Shown: positions 22,796 through 27,013 of the stretch, one piece after another
Layout of the letters: every line of letters starts with the position of its first letter
Numbering within the stretch: position 1 is the stretch's first letter
Source: a virus
Taxonomy: Duplodnaviria > Caudoviricetes
Strand: one strand, 5' to 3'
Virus record (IMG/VR): IMGVR_UViG_3300047386_000036
Span: 1 to 27,013 of that record
Length of the DNA stretch: 27,013 nt
Translations under genes and position numbers: made by a program
The notes under the pieces: generated by a model
What the model saw: only the letters and a program-made list of their open reading frames with translations
What the model was told of the DNA's origin: nothing
Database searches by the model: none

Positions 22796-24515
22796 AATAA
22801 TATTCGACATTGAAGCTGATGGTTTAGACCCGACTGTAATACATTGTATTGTAGCTAAAGAGTTGGGTGGAGCAGTACACACTTTTGACAACATGCAAAT
22901 CGAAGAAGGTATTAAATTCTTAGAAAATGCAGAAGTTCTTATAGGTCATAACATTATAGGTTATGATATACCAGTAATACAAAAACTACATGGTGCTAAA
23001 GTAACACACAAGTTAGAAGATACATTAGTTATGTCAAGATTATTTAACCCTGTTCGTGAGAATGGACATAGCTTAAAGACTTGGGGGTGGCGTGTTGGTA
23101 TGGCTAAACAAGACCAACCCGAAACCTTTGATGAGTATACACCTGATATGTTAGACTACTGTGTTCAAGATGTAAAACTAAACGAGGTTGTATACAATTA
23201 CTTACTCAAAGAAGGTAAGATGTTTAGTGAAGATTCAATCAATCTTGAGCACAGAGTTGCTGAGATAATGCGACAGCAAGAAAAGAATGGTTTCTTTTTT
23301 GATACCAAGAAAGCTATGGAGTTGCTTGCTGAATTAAAAGACAAGCAGTTACAGGTTGAAGAAGAAGTTCATAACACATTCAAACCTAAGATGATAGATG
23401 ACAAGTTAGTAACACCTTACATTAGAAAGGATGGTGAGTTATCTAAACGTGGACTAACAGATGATGAGTACAACAACTGTATCAAGACACAGAATGTTAA
23501 ACCTTTCATGAGACAGAAGTTAGTTGAGTTTAACTTAGGTAGTCGTAAACAAATAGGTGAGTACCTTATTGACTTTGGGTGGAAGCCTGAAAGATTTACT
23601 CCAACAGGTCAGCCGATTGTTGATGAGGGAACTCTCAAAAAAATTGAACATATACATGAAGCTAAATTAATTGCAGATTTCTTACTTTATCAGAAGCGTA
23701 TAGCACAGGTTACATCTTGGATAGATGAACTCAAGGGTGATAGGGTACATGGGTATGTAAATCCCAACGGTACAATCACATCTAGAATGACTCATCGTAG
23801 TCCTAACATGGCACAGATTCCAAACTCTAGTAGTCCTTATGGACAAGAGTGTCGTTCTTGTTGGACAGTACCTCAAGGTTACAAGCTTGTAGGTATTGAT
23901 GCTAGTGGATTAGAACTACGAATGTTAGCACACTATATGGATGACCAAGAGTATATTGATGAGGTTACACATGGAGATATACATACTAGGAATCAAGAGT
24001 TAGCAGGACTTAAAACTCGTAATGAAAGTAAGACATTCATATATGCATATTTGTATGGGGCAGGTGATGCTAAGATAGGTTCTATATCTGGTGGTGGTGC
24101 AAAGCAAGGTAAGAAACTCAAGGCTACGTTTCTTAAAAACTTACCATCACTTAAAATACTAAAGGACAGAGTACAGAAAGCATCTGAACGTGGGTTCTTG
24201 AAAGGACTTGACGGTAGAAAAATATATGTACGTAGTCAACATGCCGCACTAAATACTTTATTACAAGGTGGTGGTGCAATAGTTATGAAAAAAGCCATGA
24301 CAATCTTACAAGAAAAGATAAGTTTAAATGCTCTTGATGCTAGGTTTGTAGCTAATATACACGATGAGTGGCAGATAGAAGTAAAAGAATCGCAAGCCGA
24401 ATGCGTTGGTGTGTTTGGTGTTGAGGCAATAGAAGAAGCAAGTAAATATTATAAGATGCGTTGTCCTCTAACAGGTGAATACAATATAGGAGAGAACTGG
24501 TATGAAACCCACTAA
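22782..24515 (+). CDS. polA: DNA polymerase family A (T7 gp5-like) with 3'-5' exonuclease
   Basis: ATG at 22782 after GAGGAGG; FDIEADG, GHNI, motif A DASGLELR, motif B KTFIYAYLYG (Tyr at the E. coli 762-equivalent position), motif C HDE. Confidence 0.96.
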   Translation: MNSSKIIFDIEADGLDPTVIHCIVAKELGGAVHTFDNMQIEEGIKFLENAEVLIGHNIIGYDIPVIQKLHGAKVTHKLEDTLVMSRLFNPVRENGHSLKTWGWRVGMAKQDQPETFDEYTPDMLDYCVQDVKLNEVVYNYLLKEGKMFSEDSINLEHRVAEIMRQQEKNGFFFDTKKAMELLAELKDKQLQVEEEVHNTFKPKMIDDKLVTPYIRKDGELSKRGLTDDEYNNCIKTQNVKPFMRQKLVEFNLGSRKQIGEYLIDFGWKPERFTPTGQPIVDEGTLKKIEHIHEAKLIADFLLYQKRIAQVTSWIDELKGDRVHGYVNPNGTITSRMTHRSPNMAQIPNSSSPYGQECRSCWTVPQGYKLVGIDASGLELRMLAHYMDDQEYIDEVTHGDIHTRNQELAGLKTRNESKTFIYAYLYGAGDAKIGSISGGGAKQGKKLKATFLKNLPSLKILKDRVQKASERGFLKGLDGRKIYVRSQHAALNTLLQGGGAIVMKKAMTILQEKISLNALDARFVANIHDEWQIEVKESQAECVGVFGVEAIEEASKYYKMRCPLTGEYNIGENWYETH

Positions 24516-24924
24516 AGAAAACAGAAAAAAGTTTGATATAGATTTGGCTTATGGCACAGTGAGAGAAGAAAAAATAGCAGAGATGCTGACTGATAAAAAG
24601 ATAGAAGTAAAGTCTGAGAAAGACATGTGGCAAAAGACAGGTAACATTTGTATTGAATATGAATCTTGGGGTAAACCGTCAGGCATCAAGGCTACCGAAG
24701 CGGATTATTGGTTCCATAATTTATGTGTAGGTGATAACGAGTTTTGTACTTTAGTGTTTAAAACAGATGTGCTTAGAACTATTGTAGATAAGCTTGATAC
24801 GTTTAAGACTGTAGCAGGTGGAGACCACAAGGCTAGTAAAATGTTCCTTGTTAATCTACAAAAATTATTCTCATCGGATGTTATAAAAGCATTTAAGGAT
24901 TCAGAAAATGATAAAGAAAAATAA
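24502..24924 (+). CDS. PD-(D/E)XK-like hypothetical protein
   Basis: FDIDL.YG..RE, IEVKSE, TGNICIEY and PSGI..T.ADYW motifs. Confidence 0.7.
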   Translation: MKPTKENRKKFDIDLAYGTVREEKIAEMLTDKKIEVKSEKDMWQKTGNICIEYESWGKPSGIKATEADYWFHNLCVGDNEFCTLVFKTDVLRTIVDKLDTFKTVAGGDHKASKMFLVNLQKLFSSDVIKAFKDSENDKEK

Positions 24925-25720
24925 ACAAACTATTGACAAATCTAAATTAGACAATTATAATAAATTCACGGCTGAGTCGGGTCATTGGTATGCACAAGAT
25001 GGTTCGCCTATGTATACCATCATCGGTGCTAACGGTAAGGAAAGAAACACTACACTTAGAGATGCTAAGAAACTAAACTTAGTTCCTTCTGTTACTACCA
25101 TCATTGGTATGATAGCTAAACCTTCCCTTGAAAACTGGAAGATTAATCAGGCTTTAAACTCAGCACTTACTTTAGAACGTAACGAAGATGAATCTTTTGA
25201 TTCTTTTGTTTATCGTTGTAAAGAAGACTCAAAAAAGATTGGAAAACAAGCCGCCGAAAGAGGCACACAAATCCACGACTTAATTGAAAACGGTTTCTTA
25301 GGTACGTTCACCAGTGAACCCTATGAAGTTATCAAGAAATATCTTGATGAACATTTTCCTAATGAAAAGTGGATAGCTGAAGATTCTTTTTGTGCTGACA
25401 TAGGGTATGGTGGTAAGATAGATTTATATTCTAAGTCTGGTATCTTTGTCGACTTTAAAACTAAAGATAACTTAGAAGGTAAAGACCCTGCTAAATTAGT
25501 ATACGATGAGCACGGTATGCAGTTGTCTGCTTATGCACAAGGATGTAACTGTGACAATCCTCAGAGAGTTTCTATCTTTGTAGATAGGAAAGACACAAGT
25601 TTAATTGCATGTCACAAGTGGGATGATAAGACACATGACAGACATCTCAACATGTTTAACTCTATATTACAGTACTGGAAGCTAGTTAAAAACTACGACT
25701 CCTCAATTACTGATGCCTAG
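24908..25720 (+). CDS. PD-(D/E)XK (RecB/Cas4-like) exonuclease
   Basis: PSVTTI, AAERGTQIH, GKIDL, VDFKT and QLSAYA motifs. Confidence 0.85.
   Translation: MIKKNKQTIDKSKLDNYNKFTAESGHWYAQDGSPMYTIIGANGKERNTTLRDAKKLNLVPSVTTIIGMIAKPSLENWKINQALNSALTLERNEDESFDSFVYRCKEDSKKIGKQAAERGTQIHDLIENGFLGTFTSEPYEVIKKYLDEHFPNEKWIAEDSFCADIGYGGKIDLYSKSGIFVDFKTKDNLEGKDPAKLVYDEHGMQLSAYAQGCNCDNPQRVSIFVDRKDTSLIACHKWDDKTHDRHLNMFNSILQYWKLVKNYDSSITDA
24933..24961 (+). promoter_or_regulatory. Perfect-consensus sigma70 promoter inside the exonuclease ORF
   Basis: TTGACA-17 nt-TATAAT. Confidence 0.65.
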
Positions 25721-26150
25721 AAGAGTACCAAGAAAACCTCGACCAAAAAAAGTCGATGTCCCAAAAGGATATGATAGTATCTGGGAAGCTACACTGCACG
25801 ACACCATATTAAAAAAGTGGAAGCATCATTGGGATACGGTTGACTATGTAATTAAACATAAATATGAGCCTGACTTTGTTAAGAAAATAAAAGGCAAGAC
25901 AATTTTATTAGAAGCAAAGGGTAGGTTCTGGGATTTTGCAGAGTACAGTAAATACATCCATGTAAGGGAGGCTTTACCAAAAGGTTACGAATTAGTATTC
26001 TTATTCCAAAAACCTTTTGCTCCAATGCCAGCCGCAAAGAAAAGAAAAGATGGAACTAAACGTACTCATGCTGAGTGGGCTGAGACTAATAACTTTAGAT
26101 GGTACAACGAAGAAAGTTTACCTCACGAATGGAAAAATAATGAACTATAA
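25713..26150 (+). CDS. Endonuclease I / Holliday junction resolvase (T7 gp3-like)
   Basis: YDS.WE, YEPDF, LEAKGRF and THAEWAE..NF.W motifs. Confidence 0.88.
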   Translation: MPRRVPRKPRPKKVDVPKGYDSIWEATLHDTILKKWKHHWDTVDYVIKHKYEPDFVKKIKGKTILLEAKGRFWDFAEYSKYIHVREALPKGYELVFLFQKPFAPMPAAKKRKDGTKRTHAEWAETNNFRWYNEESLPHEWKNNEL

Positions 26151-26424
26151 ATTTGATGAAGATAAAATAATAAAAGACATAATACTCTATGTAAATCAAA
26201 CATATGACCAACACTATGCCAACGGCAAGTATCAAGCTACTGATATGATACTAGATGCAGGACACGGAGAAGGTTTTTGTATGGGTAACATCATGAAGTA
26301 TGCAATGCGGTACGGAAAAAAGAATGGTAAATCTAAAATGGACTTGCTTAAAATTATTCACTATGCTATAATAGCTTTATACGTACAAACAAACAAGACT
26401 GATAAGGAATCAAATAATGGTTGA
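26140..26424 (+). CDS. DUF3310 (SaV / T7 gp1.7-like) protein
   Basis: ATG at 26140; HY...GFCMGNIMKY..RYGKKNG..DLLKIIHY. Confidence 0.75.
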   Translation: MNYKFDEDKIIKDIILYVNQTYDQHYANGKYQATDMILDAGHGEGFCMGNIMKYAMRYGKKNGKSKMDLLKIIHYAIIALYVQTNKTDKESNNG

Positions 26425-27013
26425 AGATAAAATTGGAAAGAAACCTTATCTTGGAATTGAGATAGACTATGACAAAGAAAAAACATTTGATAAGTTTAGT
26501 CTTGACACTTTAAAAGATAGATATTTTTGGGAGAAAGAAACACATGCACAAGAAGCATTCGCAAGAGCCTCCGTCTACGGAGCAACCTACAAAGGGGAAA
26601 CAGATTTTGAATTGGCTCAAAGACTTTATAACTACTCTTCCTCTCGTTGGTTCATGTTCAGTACTCCTATACTTAGTAACGGGGGTACAAGCCGTGGGCT
26701 TCCTATCAGTTGTTTTCTCAATTATGTTCCTGACAGCAGGGGTGGTTTATCTGCTCACTATGATGAGAACGTATGGCTCGCAAGTAGTGGTGGAGGCATC
26801 GGTGGATATTGGGGCGATATTAGGAGCAATGGTGTTTCAACTTCTCATGGCTCTCGTTCTACTGGAAGCATTCCTTTCCTCCACGTTGTAGACTCACAAA
26901 TGTTAGCCTTTAATCAAGGCACTACAAGACGAGGAAGTTATGCCGCATATATGGACATCAGTCATCCAGAGATTGAAGAGTTTATTAACATGCGTAAAGA
27001 ATCGGGTGGAGAT
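26417..27013 (+). CDS. nrdA: Class I ribonucleotide reductase alpha subunit, truncated at the window edge; no N-terminal ATP cone
   Basis: Manual translation MVEDKIGKKPYLG...FSTPILSNGG..RGLPISCFL...GGGIG...QGTTRRGSYAAYMDISHPEIEEFI. Confidence 0.92.
   Translation, partial: MVEDKIGKKPYLGIEIDYDKEKTFDKFSLDTLKDRYFWEKETHAQEAFARASVYGATYKGETDFELAQRLYNYSSSRWFMFSTPILSNGGTSRGLPISCFLNYVPDSRGGLSAHYDENVWLASSGGGIGGYWGDIRSNGVSTSHGSRSTGSIPFLHVVDSQMLAFNQGTTRRGSYAAYMDISHPEIEEFINMRKESGGD

Noticed and set aside
7228-24633. Remaining overlapping or antisense ORFs in the track (e.g. 7228-7506, 8283-8483, 9051-9311, 18301-18639, 20434-20781, 21445-21861, 21843-22133, 24352-24633)
   Set aside because: They overlap well-supported genes and show no recognisable motifs.
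26544-26891. 115-aa hydrophobic plus-strand ORF
   Set aside because: Alternate frame inside nrdA, which has all the expected motifs.
1-27013. tRNA genes, introns or inteins in polA, terL or nrdA
   Set aside because: No cloverleaf seen by eye in intergenic regions, and the core genes are contiguous with normal motif spacing; tRNAscan-SE would be needed to confirm.

Overview
This window is about 27 kb of a lytic podovirus genome with a T7-type replisome but no phage RNA polymerase in the window. The gene set and two-arm layout resemble marine SIO1/Zobellviridae-like podophages; this is inferred from architecture, not from a database search. The minus-strand arm (1-13163) carries virion and packaging genes: tail fibre (truncated), tail tubular B and A, two small basic peptides, major capsid, scaffold, portal, TerL, a cluster of small Lys-rich ORFs and TerS. 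The plus-strand arm (14110-27013) carries many small early genes, a Gp88-like protein, SSB, primase-helicase, PolA (Tyr762 type), nucleases and a truncated class I RNR alpha. Both arms carry near-consensus sigma70 promoters. The most unusual element is a ~1.27 kb imperfect inverted repeat (13429-14696) between the arms. Its right arm is a complete two-gene unit (candidate promoter, two ORFs, terminator). Its left arm is a non-coding mirror whose substitutions are mostly those giving G.T/G.U wobbles on the minus strand, suggesting a selected single-strand fold-back near the probable genome end. Other notable signals are a scaffold 5' leader with three copies of the same 4x2 internal loop, two similar H-type pseudoknots in the early region, a recurrent [KR]xx[MYL]xxGG peptide motif in head-module proteins, and a probably leaderless TerS mRNA.
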